NCBI RefSeq assembly: GCF_001194135.2
Contig: NC_068981.1
Location: 159,202,908-159,266,813 of the forward strand
Direction of reading: 5' to 3'
DNA from: Octopus bimaculoides
Taxonomy: Eukaryota
DNA: 63,906 nucleotides
Part shown: positions 1-13,351 of the stretch, one piece after another
Numbering within the stretch: the first letter of the stretch is position 1
Layout of the letters: every line of letters begins with the position of its first letter
The notes under the pieces: model-generated
What the model was told of the DNA's origin: nothing
The model's input: the letters and a program-made list of their open reading frames with translations, nothing else
Databases searched by the model: none
Program-made: the position numbers and the translations under genes

Positions 1-230
1 GTGACAAGGCTGACCCTTTGAATTACAGGCACAACAGAAACAGAAAGTAAGAGCGAAAGAAAGTTGTGGTGGAAGAGTACAGCAGGGTTTGCCACCATTC
101 CCTGCTGGAGCCTCGTGGAGCTTTAGGTGTCTTCGCTCAATAAACACTCACAACGCCCGGTCTGCGAATCGAAACCGCGATCCTATGACCACGAGTCCGC
201 TGCCCTAACCACTGGGCCATTGTGCCTCCA
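1..230 (-). mobile_element. tRNA-derived SINE, family C (related pieces at 3052-3290 +, 3615-3810 - and 8610-8935 -)
   Basis: The minus-strand head tggcccagtggttagg...ggtttcgattcg carries A and B boxes. The body is shared with the other copies. Confidence 0.7.
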
Positions 231-1347
231 CAAATATTAATGTGAGAAGTGAATAAGAAGCAAAAAGATAGATGTCAATGAATTAAATAATTGTAGACAC
301 GTCTAAATATAATTGTGCATGTGTGTAAGGTGCGCATGGGTATAATCTACTAGAAATAGCATTAGAATCTCCTTCAAATTACAGCCTAAACATTTCAATA
401 CCTCTTATGTATTTCTACTTTTGACCAATGTTTCTCCTTTCAATATTTCTTCATTAATGTTACAATTATTGGTTTAAATCTTGACTCAAGGCCAAGAAGT
501 CCAGAGGTGGAGGTAATTTGATTACCAGCGCTTAACTGGTATTATTTTATCAACCCTAAAAGAATGAAAAACAAAGTCGACTTCGGTGCCATATGAATTC
601 AGACGATAAAGATGGATGAAATGTCACTAAGCATTTTGCCTGGCTCACTAACGATTCTGCCAGATCACTGCCTTTAATGTTACCATTATTAATAACGAGT
701 CAAGGTGGTGAGCTGGCTGAAGTGTCATCACACTGGATATAATGCTTAGTAGCATTTTGTCTATCTTTACGTTCTGATTTCAAATTCCACTAATGTCAGC
801 TTTGCCTTTTGCCTTTTCAAGGTCAATAAAATAAGTACCAATCAAGTACTGGGGTTGATGTATTCAACTTTCCCTCCTCTCAAAAACTGCTGGCTCTGTG
901 CCAAAATGTGAAACCATTATTAATAATGGGTCAGCAAGGAAGTTTTCTAAATGGCTCTCAATCATAGACTGCTATTATAATTTTCATTCATATCTAAGAT
1001 GCTGTGAAGCATTTTATAATAAATAAACCTCAGTACTTCATTAGTACTTAATTTGTAGACCTTTGAAGAATGAAAGTCAGAGTTTATCATGACAAGATTT
1101 TGACCAAGAATATAAAAGGCCATAACCAAATACAGTCAATATTTTGTCTGACATTTTATCAATTCTGCCAATATGTTCAAGGTAAACATTTCAAAATAAA
1201 AAATGATATTGGCCAAAGCTGGAACATTTTTGCTCATAAGTCAGCTGGATTAAAATTGATCTGGGACTAAACAATCATAAGGGCGGGATAAAATCCATTA
1301 TCTCTTAATTTAGATTAAATAATCATTAATTATTTTTATGTACAAAC

Positions 1348-1434
1348 CTCTCTTCTTTCACAGACTTTACCAGAAAATGGTGTTTCACACTGGCACTGAT
1401 TTTTTACACACTTCCCACGATCACTGCACAATTG
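1348..1434 (-). CDS. Exon 14: I-EGF4 QLCSDRGKCVKNQCQCETPFSGKVCERRE
   Basis: ttttttttgcAG acceptor, GTTTGT donor, 87 nt, phase 0 to 0. Not in the supplied ORF track. Confidence 0.92.
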
Positions 1435-4356
1435 CTGCAAAAAAAATAATAAAATAAAATAAAGAAGAAAAAAGTAAACATTGGGTACAATGAATTTATA
1501 TAAGTAACAAACATTTTAGAATAATACAGAAAATAATTTTGTCAAAAAAAATGATAATGATAATTTTTTAAGAATTATGAAAATAATACTGCTGCTGCTG
1601 ATGGTGGTGGTGGTGGTGGTGGTAACGATGATGACACAGTGATGAGGATGACATTGATGATGATCATGATGATCACGATAACGTCAATGGTGGTTGTGAT
1701 GATGGTAAGGAGTGTGATGCAACAAAATAAGATACATGTAAAATAATAATAAAGAAAGAAAAAGTTTTGATTGTGTAGCTGTTGGTGCTATATAGATCGT
1801 TGTGATCTAAAGACAATAGATCCTGGAAATAAACTGAATAAGAATAGATACAGCTGAAAATATTTAAGTATCATACATATACAAACCTATTTAAATATAG
1901 CAGAATATTTGAAGAAAGAAACAAATAGTACCTATAATGAAGAGGATGATGATTTTTAAAATAAATGTACCAATAATAATAATTTATTGATACTAGGAAC
2001 AGGTCTAACACTTCTAGGAATAGAAATTTAATTGATATTAATTTTGTCTTTCTCTGAAAAAAAAATTAACTGAAGACCCCCACACCAACCTTTGCTCCCC
2101 ACTAGATTTTCAAACTTGGAATACTCAGGTACTTATATAAAAGAATATCCATGCCAGTATATTAATGCTTTCTTAACTACTCCACCATGAGTCTAATAAA
2201 TACAACAATATTTTCTATAAGTTTAGTTGATAAATAAGTCTATTCATTTGTTTGGCACTTTCTATATGGCAACTGTTTTAATAGGTTACATCAAAACTTC
2301 AAAATGTTTATAACCTACAAGAATAGAAAAGCATAAGATAGGCCACATTATCATCTACTCTAATGCTTATTATCCATCCATATTCTCTGCCTACTATTCC
2401 TGGCTGGGTCATGGGGCTAGAGTCCTCAGATACCTCCTCTACAGGGTCCTATCAGGAGCAACTATCATTAGCTTTTCCAGCTGGATTCCCCAAAACAACG
2501 AACTGAGACTAAGGATATTATCCAACCATCTCATTCTTAGTCTGCCACTTGGTCTCCTGCCTGTTGTCTTGACTTGAAGAATTCATCTTGCAATTCTTTC
2601 CTGTGACGTTTAATCACATGTTCATAGTACCAGAGCTGTAACCTCTCAACTGTGAGAAGTAGCAGCTCAACCTGGAGAGATTCCTTGATCTTCAAACTAT
2701 GTACTCTGTCAAGTAACATTATTCCAGAAACCCTTTAGAGAAACCCATTTTGATTTCTTGTTTACAATTGTACTCTTTTGGTCATTACTCAACATTTTCA
2801 GTCAAGAATGACCCATGGTTAAACAACCAAACAAACTATGCAAAGAAAAACAGACTACAATATCATCTTCTTCAGTTCATTGAACTATCGTCACCACCAC
2901 CACCACCTACTATCCTAACATCCATCTCTTTACAGCTTTGACTGGGGGCATTTTATCATGCCACCAGTGCTAGAGAGGTTTTTTGAGACTGAACTAATGA
3001 AAGTCCCTTCTAATCTGTATCCAATTTGAATCAGACTTACTGCTCTCCCACACTGTGGAGGCTCATGGCTTAGTGGTTACAGTGTAAGATTATGATTTCA
3101 CTTCCTGGACCAGGCAACATGTGTTCTTAAGCAAAACACTTCATTTCAGTTTGCTCCAGTCCACTCAGCTGGCAAAAATGGGTAATCCTGTTGCAGACTG
3201 GCATCCCGTCCAGGTGGGGAATATATACACTATGAAACCAGAAAACCAGCCCTTATGAATCGGCATGACTTGTGCAGGTTACTTTATCTTCTCCTACACA
3301 GGTTGTATTCACTATGGCTTACTGAGATTTGTGTCTATGTTGTTTGTTAAAAAGAAGCAAAACATGTCTAGCTAACAACAATGCAAATCTTACTTACTCC
3401 ACTTGATGAGAGACAGTTCTTGGTGCGGACATCAATTTCACATGCTTCTCCAGTATACTGATTTTTGCATGCACATTTGCCACATATACATTTACCATGG
3501 GTAGGACCTGAAAGAATAACACTAAAACATTGGTATTTTATTAAAAAAAAAAAACATAGAGACAAACATTTGTGCACACACTCAAAATCTGGCACTCCAT
3601 CTGTTATGATGACAAGAGTTTCAGTTGATGCAATTAACTGAACAACTTGCTCATGAAATTAACATGCAAGTAGTGGAGCACTCCACAAATGTATACTTGA
3701 CATATTTCTCAGGGAGATTCAGCATAGCACAAAATGTGACAAGGCTGGCTCTTTGAATTACTGGTACAACTCATTTTTGCCAGCTAAGTGGACTGGAGCA
3801 ATATATGTTGTCAGGATGATGCATGTAACATGAAACGCTATTCACAAGAAAAAGAATTCATTTTTAACAAGAGCACTGAGATTGTGCATACCTCCGCCAA
3901 GGCAATACCAACATCCTCTCGACAATTAGCCAGAAATGAGTTTTAAAATGAGAATATCTGAAATAAACTCGACTGCTCTCACAAACGAGAATACTAAAAC
4001 TGAACTCAACCACTCTCAAAAATTAAGTAAAAAAACCCAGAAAAATAATCCAGAATCCTTATCCGGTACCAGATTGATCACAAAATCTAATCAGTTTGCA
4101 CTAGTCACGAGGCCAAAAATCCTTGAAAGTTTCATCCAAATCCATCCTACGGTTCTTGAGATATCTTGCCCACGGACAAACAAACAAACAAACACAACTG
4201 AAGACAATACCTCTGCCTTTGCTAGGGTGGAGGTAATAAACAATACTCTCTATACTCTCCTTGTTTACTTACTGTAACATATGAATATTTATGTACGTAA
4301 GCATAATAAACATATGTGTGTATGTGCATACATATAGTCTGTGTGGGGCGATGCAT

Positions 4357-4418
<62 letters not shown>

Positions 4419-6529
4419 ATTTGCATAATTAGCACTGCCTATAATTCTTAATTTAATTTTGTTTTCCCTGTGCAGTGCTGATGTGCATCTGCAAATAGAC
4501 TCTACACTATTTGCATACATACTATAAACGATGCAATTTTTTCTGAAGTGACTCGAGTACATGGTGCCAACAAGCTGCAAAATTACAGTGAATTACACTG
4601 GGTTATAAATTTTCACAAAGGTTTTGGTTGTCTTATTGTTTTGAGTGATTTTAGTGCAGAATTTTGAGCTGATTCCAAAAATGTGTTTATTTTTACTCTA
4701 CTATTGAATGTTTGTGAGAGATATTGAATTATGTTAGTATACACGTATCATCATACATCACATATCATCATACATCATACATGCATCATACATCATACAT
4801 CATACATCATACATATTATCATGCATCACATCATCATATGCACATATCATACATCTAGAAACTACCTGTGTAAACAAAAGTTCTAACATCACTTGATCAC
4901 AGGTTGTTGCATGAAGTAACTCTTGCTGTAAAACATATTTTTCTACTCTACTAATAAATCATTCATTCCTAAACTTTATATTTTATCTCCATTATTCATA
5001 TAAAAGTATTGAAAGATTTAAGTGAAAAGGCAGTGTCATCACCGCCTTCTACTACACACAGCAGACTCAACAGATATGCTTCAGTGCTATCGTGGCTACC
5101 ATAGCTAGAGAAAGGAAGTACTGTGCTTTCGTCTCTCATCCAGCTATCTTTTGTCCAGCATTCCATTTGGTTTTGGTGCTACACCTGTTAGATCACTATT
5201 TGATCATGAGCACTGTACATTTGTCATTTACATTTCTTTCTTTTTCAGGTTTTTATTGTAAACATTGAATTTTCCGGACCATGGCTACAAGAGGATGCAG
5301 AAAAGATACCATGTTGAAAGAAAGCATATAACATATAACATATAAAATTGTGAGAGGTGCTAAGTACTAGATTGCTTATAGACTGTATTTTTGAATGAGT
5401 ATGGGTGACCAAGGAAAATCATGGGCCCCTCATGTGATATGTGGAACTTGTAAATTAAATTTAGATGGATGGCTTTGAGGTGTATGGAAAGCAATGCTTT
5501 TTGTTGTTCCAAGAGTTTAGCAAGAGCCAAACAATCATCATGATGATTACTATTTTTGTATGGTTGATATATCAAAGTACAGAATAATTAAGGGAAGAAA
5601 AACCATTAGGGAGGCAGCATCACCATCAACACCAGCATTACCAACAGCTTCCCTAACATCCGAAGTAGCAGATCTAACAGGTCCAGTGCCACCACCAGTT
5701 GTAATGGCAATAACAGCAGCAGTAGTGACAGTAGCTCTAGCAGAAACACTCTAGCAGTAATGGCAACTCTCCCACCAATGAAGAGGACCACAATAAGAAC
5801 AACAGTACCTTCAATATAACCGGAAGTGGCAATACCATTACTGATGCCACCTCCAGCGATGTCAACACTAGCAGTCCCAGCTCCAACAACAACAACAACA
5901 GCAACAACACTAGCAGGTACAGTATTGACAACATACACCCATGGAGATATATTGGATGTTCCGGGAACTCTTTCAAGCAACATCTCTCCAACCACAGGTC
6001 ATCCTTCAGAGTTCCAGAAAGGAGATATGTAACATTACTGGTCAGCCACGTCTGGCAACTAATGAATGATGGAATTCCATATTTGATCTTATGAAAAATC
6101 CTCGAGAACCCAAGCCCCTACATGGATGAGGCGTTGCAAATTATGTATAGCTGAACATGTGAGAATCCTAAAAGACTCACTCAAACCAAGGAACATCCTT
6201 AACTCCAGAACGAAGATTTCCCAGACATGTTTACATTTCAGGAGGTTCCTACTAGCTTTTTGGAGCCTGCAAGATGTTGGTACAGCTGGAAGGTGATAGC
6301 CAATAGCAAAGGGAGATAATCCCCAATTGTTACCTTTGAGTAGTGAGGCATTTCCCTCTCTATATTTTAAGAGGTCATGGGCCAACAGGTTTTTGGGATC
6401 TGACAATATGCCATAAAGCCCTTTATGGATGGGAAACCTAAGGTAATCCCATAAACCGACCTTCCTCATTTTTAATATATACTACTCTACATCTTAGAGG
6501 GTGCTTCTTTCAGATTTATATTTTTTACA

Positions 6530-6586
<57 letters not shown>

Positions 6587-9500
6587 TGAGTGGTCTAATA
6601 GAATATAAGTCAAGAAAAAGATGCACTTGTATATCTGTCAGTAGAGTGGGTTATATACATATATACAAACATGCATATACACACATATATATCTATATGC
6701 ACCAATAACAATATGTGCATGCTGCTGTGAGGGGAAATCGTCAAATCACCATCCATGAGTTATCAGAGGATGTACAAATTAGTTACAAGTTAGATTTGGG
6801 TATGAAATATATGTCTGCCAAGTTTGTGCCAAAATTGCTTTTAGCTGACCAAAAGGACATTCAGGTTTCAGTAGCACAAGATCTCCTTGATTGTGGACTA
6901 AAAACAACGAAAACTTTTTGAAAACTTTGCATAGGCCTCTGACTAGGTATCGCCAAGCCTTTGGCAAAATTTGATGCAGACTCCCTGCTCAACTTTCTCT
7001 GTCATGGTCAACGTAAAGATCACATGCTACACACCTTCCTTCCAAGCACTGCTGTAAATAGTAGAAGTGAGCTAGAATGTTAAAACTTAGTGTGCATGCA
7101 CAACAGAGTTTAAGGTCAATATGTGCAAAGCAGCTTTACTCTGCATGCTTTAGCTTCATTTCTATGGCAACAGTCCGATTATTTATTAATCAGACCACAT
7201 ATATTTTTCTGGATTTATAAAGAGTCACATGCAGTTACTCATATACATTTGTCTACACTTTACACTCAAATAGTATAAATATAAACAACCACACTAGAAA
7301 TAGATTACATTGACAAAAACATTCTTGCAACTGTGAGTTTAAGAACTTTGCTCAACCAAGACTAATATTAATCAAAAGAAAAATATTCTGGTTATTACTC
7401 ACCACCACAGAGGGAATTATTGTATTTTCTGCATCCCAGTTTGTCACATTCACAAAACCTTCCACTGTACCGATTAGTTTTCATCTACAACACAAATATA
7501 AGCTTACAATAATAACACAGTTACTAAAGTAATTGTTAGATTTCTATATATCATACTCAGCAATTATTTTATTTGTCTTAACACTTGATATATTTCTCAG
7601 AAGGCAAGAATTGTGTAAACTTTTACATAGTCATCCAGCTTGCCTAAAGCTGGCAGAAAATTGCCATCAAGTTGAAAAAGATTTACAAATGCTGTGAAGT
7701 TAAGATGTTAGGCTACAGACTACTTTGTTGTGATTTCAATTTTACTGTAATTGCCCGGACTTGTGCCTCAGAGGGGAACTTCCTAGGTGCAATCTCTTGG
7801 TCATTCATGACCAAAGGGGGTCTTTACCCTCTATATTTCAATTAATTATTAATTCATTAAAACAAGTCATATACACACACACACACACACACATGCTAGC
7901 ATGGAAAGTGGACTTAAACGATGACGACGACACCATGTATATAAATTATCAGCGTCAGTTTGAGACAGAAGAAATATACAAGACCGCTGAAAAGACTTGA
8001 GTCACATGTCTGCTGCCTAGTGAGGCAATGACAAATTACATGACTAGTGATTGCTTAATAAGATTTGCCAAAAGCTCTTCTAGATCATGATTAAATAGAA
8101 TTGCTAAAGAATGATTTTCATTTTAAAGAGATGTGGGTCACTGAGAGAGGTTTGAATGAGATATACATCTATTAGCAGTGCAGTTTTGATAGAATTCTTG
8201 ATAGTAATATATCTCTAATGGTTCTCAACCACTTTTACATATGGACCTCTTTGATTCCTATTTTATTCAGATGCACCTTCATAGCCATTTGATGTAGAAT
8301 TAAATGCTATTAGGAATTATATAAAAACAATTGTTAAGATATTTTGTGCCTTGTAGAAATATAACCAATTTGTTGCACATAATTTTTAGCAATAAAATCT
8401 TATATGGACCCCCAAGGGTCATATAGACCTTGGTTGAACACTACTGCTCTTGATGAAGCTGTTCAAAGGAAGTGTTTGTTGAAAACTTAACACTACATAA
8501 ATATCAAAATAATACCAACATAGCCATAATCCTGGCCATATGCTTAAGTCCACTTTACATTTTTGTCACATTGCAACTTGAACAAATGACAGCTAATCTA
8601 TCTCAAATCACAAACCACCATGCCCTAGCTCTTTATCAGTTACAATACTGAGTGTTTCAGTTGATTTGATCAACCGAACAACTGCCCATGAAATTAATGT
8701 ACAAGTGGCTGAGCATTCCACAAACACGCATACTCATAACGTAGTTCTCAGACAGATTCAACATGACTTACTGAATGTGATAAGGTTGGCCCATTATATT
8801 ACAGGTACAACTCATTTTTGCCAACTGAGTGGACAGGAGCAATGTGAAATAAATTGTCTCACTCAAAAATACAATGCACCTCTGAGAATCAAACTTATGA
8901 CTTTACAATCATGAATTGAATAAGTCATGTGCCTTCGTAAAACTACCATCATGAAAAAAAAAAAGGGAAGGATGCATTATATAATGTAGTCCTAGATACA
9001 TTCAAAAGAAACAAGATGGTTAACAACAGCAATGAAAATTTAAACTGAATCCTCCACTTTATACGAATATAAATTTTCTAAATTATGGAGATTTTGATGT
9101 AGGTTTTATAATGTATATTTACAACATCTGGTGAACACTCGCAGGATCCACAGTGACACTTTCCTTGGCCAGAACAAACAAATTGGTCTCCACTGGAAAA
9201 AAAAAGACATGCAGTGAAAAATATGCTGGTATAGGTAGTATATGAGAGTGTGAAAATATATATATATATATTCAACTAACGATGAAAGTAAACAAACAAA
9301 GTTTGCTTTAGAAGCGTTGAGATGTATTGAAAGATACAGAAATAATTTATTCTCAAATGCATGCTAATGCTAATAAAATAGCATGAACAGTACAAGGTCT
9401 GATCCGGACTGTTGTCATAGTAACAAAGCTAAAGCACACAGAGTAAAGCTGCTTGGCAAAGATTGACCTTGAACTCTGCTGTGCATGCACCCTAATTTTT

Positions 9501-10538
9501 AACATTCTAGCTCACTTCCGCTGTTTACAGCAGTGCTTGGAAGGATGATGTGTAGCATGTGATCATCACATTGACCATGACAGAGAAAGTTGTCAAGGCA
9601 GTACCTGCTCAGAGGCCTACGTAAAGTTGCAGAAATTGTATGAGCTGCACACAAGTGTATGAGTGGTTCAGACATTTCCAAAATGGCCAAAAAAATGTAG
9701 ATATTGACGGATATTCTGAGAGACCTGCAACCAGCAGAACTGAGAAAAACATCACATATGTGCATGAGGCTGTGAGGAGAAATCATTAAATCACCATCCG
9801 TAAGTTATCAGAGGATGTGCAGATTAGTTACAGATCAGTTCAGTCCATTATCACTGAAGATTTGGGTATGAGACATGTGTCTGCCAAGTTTGTGCCAAAA
9901 CTGCTTTCTGCTGACCAAAAAGACACTCGGGTTTCAGTTGCACAAGATCTCCTTGATTGTGTCGAGAACAATGAAAACTTTTTGAAAACTTTGCATAGGC
10001 CTCTGAGCAGGTATCACCAAACTTTTGATAAAATTTGATGCAGATTCTCTGCTCAACTTTCTCTGTCATGGTCAATGTGACAATCACATGCTACACACCT
10101 TCCTTCCAAGCACTGCTGTAAACAGTGGAAGTGAACACAGCAGTGTTCAAGGTCAATCTGTGCCAAGCAGCTTCACTCTGTGTGCTTTAGCTTTGTTACT
10201 ATGGCAACAATCTGGATACTAATTGATCAGACCATGTATTTATCAGTATTTAAGGATAAGATGCATGGATCCAAGTGTAGGAAGTTACTAAGCTTCAAGC
10301 AGTTCATGGCAGGTAGAAAAAACAAAAAGAAAAAGTGTGTAGTGTACGTTCAGGAACAATAACAATCTATTAGTGTTGAAAGTTATACATTTTTTCTCAT
10401 ATTAAACTTATGAGAAAAATTGATAAGCTGAAAATTTCTGTATGTCTCTCAGTTAGCAACCACAGTTGCTATGAATGTAAATAAAAATCCAAATTGCATA
10501 AGTGGAACAAGTAAATAATATATAATATCATATATATA

Positions 10539-10596
<58 letters not shown>

Positions 10597-11041
10597 ATAA
10601 GACAAACATGGGTATATTGAATAATACACATGATAAATTTTTGATTTATAGAAATTATCTCTGCTTCAAGAAAGGGTAGACCAACTGCTTGGTGGCAATC
10701 AGGATCAACTCGAAATAAGAAGAGAAGATAATCTCAGGAATCAAGAAGTTTCCAAAATTGCTCTGTCATTAAGGAAAAGACAGCTTGATTGTCTGAGAAC
10801 AAGAGGACAGCCGAAGAAACATGTTTCTGCTTCAGGCAGTGTCATCAGCACAGCAATTGTCCTACATTATCTTTGGCAGGCAAGGTACTTAGACATATAT
10901 AAATAAGAATAGAAGTTATTTGTGCTCTAGGTAATTTGCATAAATGAAATAGGAAATGAAATTAGAGAAATAACTCAGAATGGCCAATGGCATGAACTCT
11001 TGCATTGGTTTTCATTATGATGATGATAATAATGATGAGGT

Positions 11042-11075
<34 letters not shown>

Positions 11076-12853
11076 AATAATGGTGATGATGATGACGACG
11101 ACGACGACGACAATGACGACAACGTTAATAACGATGATGGTGACGATCGCAATGACGATGATGACAATGACAATGATGACGACAATGATGAGAATGATGA
11201 TGACATCAATGAAGACAGCAATGATGATGACAACAACAATGATGGTGGTGATGATGATATATTTATTTTCATAGAAGCTATAAATATAAATCTAACAATG
11301 TAAATGTGATATATGCCAAAGAATATAACTTACGGTTTTATACAGTTTTTCTCATCAATGTTCTGAGATTTATGACATTCACAGTTCTTTCCTTGTGTTT
11401 GCTTTGAACATTCACATTGTCCACATACCATTTTACCATTGCCATTACAATGAAAGTCACTGTTAATCTGAAAATGTGAGGTGTAGAAACACACATTGTT
11501 AAGAAAGTTCATGTAGATGAGTATTTGTTGTTGATGTTGTCAAGCTCCAGATCAGTCATGATTAAGCAGATCTGTGATCAATGCTATTCTAGTTGTGACC
11601 AGCCAACCGTTTTCCTTGTATAGAATACCTTAAACCATATTTTTTTCTTAATCCTTTACCTGTTCAGTGTATTGCATATGATACACAGGATATTTTTCCT
11701 TTGCTGTCCAGACATCATATATGATACAGATTCCCAGTTATCTTTTCAGCCACTACATTAACTTAGAACTTAAAAGGAAAGCTTTATATTACTCAAAACA
11801 TATAAAACTGGGGCTAACTTAAAGTATGAAAACAAGCATACACATTTAGGACAAACTCACAAAGAACGTTTTGGACAGGCAAAGAGAGAAAACTTAGTCA
11901 GAAGACAAAATGCTATCTTAAGTCATTGACACACTGGACACTTGCCTGGGGGCTCCAGTGGTCCCATGAGTCTAGCAACCCCATGCTGACCTGTGTAGGT
12001 TATGTATTCCTGTTTATAAATAAATACTATAGACTTCAGTGCATTGCCTTACCTGATGGCTAATAATACTGTTAAGTTGACCCTTCTAATACCTAGGATC
12101 CATTTTCTTGTGATAGGGCCTTGGGACATGTGAGGAAAAGGAGAAACTGATGATTTAGTATGAGTGTGCTTCCAAGAGAGTGACTCTACTACCAAAGTCA
12201 ATCAAGGGTCATTGTTGGGGTTAAACTGGCCAATTGATTATGTCTACAACCCAAGAGCTAGTACATTTCAACCACTCGCTGTCCTCATAGCTCCTTCTTT
12301 TCAATTTCCCTTAGAAGGCTTGGTTGATCCAAGGCTACAATAGAAGGTACCACGAAGAGGGATTGAACCCAGAATTACATGATTTAGAAGCAGATTTCAT
12401 AACAACATGGCCATGCCTTAGACATTTATCCAATATGCTCATCCTTTCTGTGAGAATAAGATTAATTCAAAAAAGATTTGGCTGCTATCTTTAGTAGATT
12501 AAGTGACTGAACAGAAGCTCTTTTGATGGCTTATGTGAGTATGTTTACTGTGTGTATAGCTCTTTATGTCTGAATGTTGACATTTGTCAGTAATCATGAT
12601 TAATGACAAGTGAAAATACTGAGCATGCTCTATACAGGATATGAACTCCTGTTTCCTTGTCAATCATTTACTACTGCATTTTTGGTAATGGTAATTGCCA
12701 AACATAGGTTTTATAATGATTAGTGAGTTGATGTGTGTGTGTGAGACTATGTACGTGTGTGTGTGTGTGTGTGAATGTGTGTGTGTTTATGTGTGTGTGT
12801 GTGTGAATGTGTGTGTATGTGTGTGATTATGTACGTGGGTGTGTGTGTGTTTA

Positions 12854-12885
<32 letters not shown>

Positions 12886-13312
12886 TGTGTGTATGTGTGT
12901 GTGTGCATGTTTCTTCAGTATTCTAGGTACATAATTACATAACTAGTCATAATTTAGCGGACATTTGTCATTAAACATTTTGTTTTTAATGGACCAACCT
13001 ACTAACAATATATGTAATGAATACATATCCTTGCACATTGATAAATAGAGTAATTCATATATTTCACACATGGTGTATTCAAATATTTCATGCTTGGTTA
13101 ATTCATATATTTCATACATATGTAATTATTGTAGTTCTATATTTAAGGGATGAGGAATTATGTACATTATTTACATTATTTACATTTGACGGATATTTGT
13201 CCTCATCTTGTTTGTTGTTAACACAATGTTTCAGCTGATATACCCTCCGGCCTTCATCAGGTGTCTTGGGGAAATTTCAAACCTAAGTTCTCATTCCTAA
13301 GGTATTTTTCAA

Positions 13313-13351
<39 letters not shown>

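Noticed and set aside
150-230. tRNA-like sequences (also 13365-13437 and the heads of the other SINEs)
   Set aside because: They have A/B boxes but no complete cloverleaf with an acceptor stem, and they continue into repeat bodies, so they are SINE heads rather than tRNA genes.
5606-5995. 129-aa hydrophobic minus-strand ORF resembling a membrane protein
   Set aside because: It is the antisense reading of the low-complexity Penelope tract.
10980-11303. Poly-Asp, poly-Met and poly-Ser ORFs (likewise 56430-56864 and 57218-57538)
   Set aside because: These are translations of trinucleotide microsatellites.
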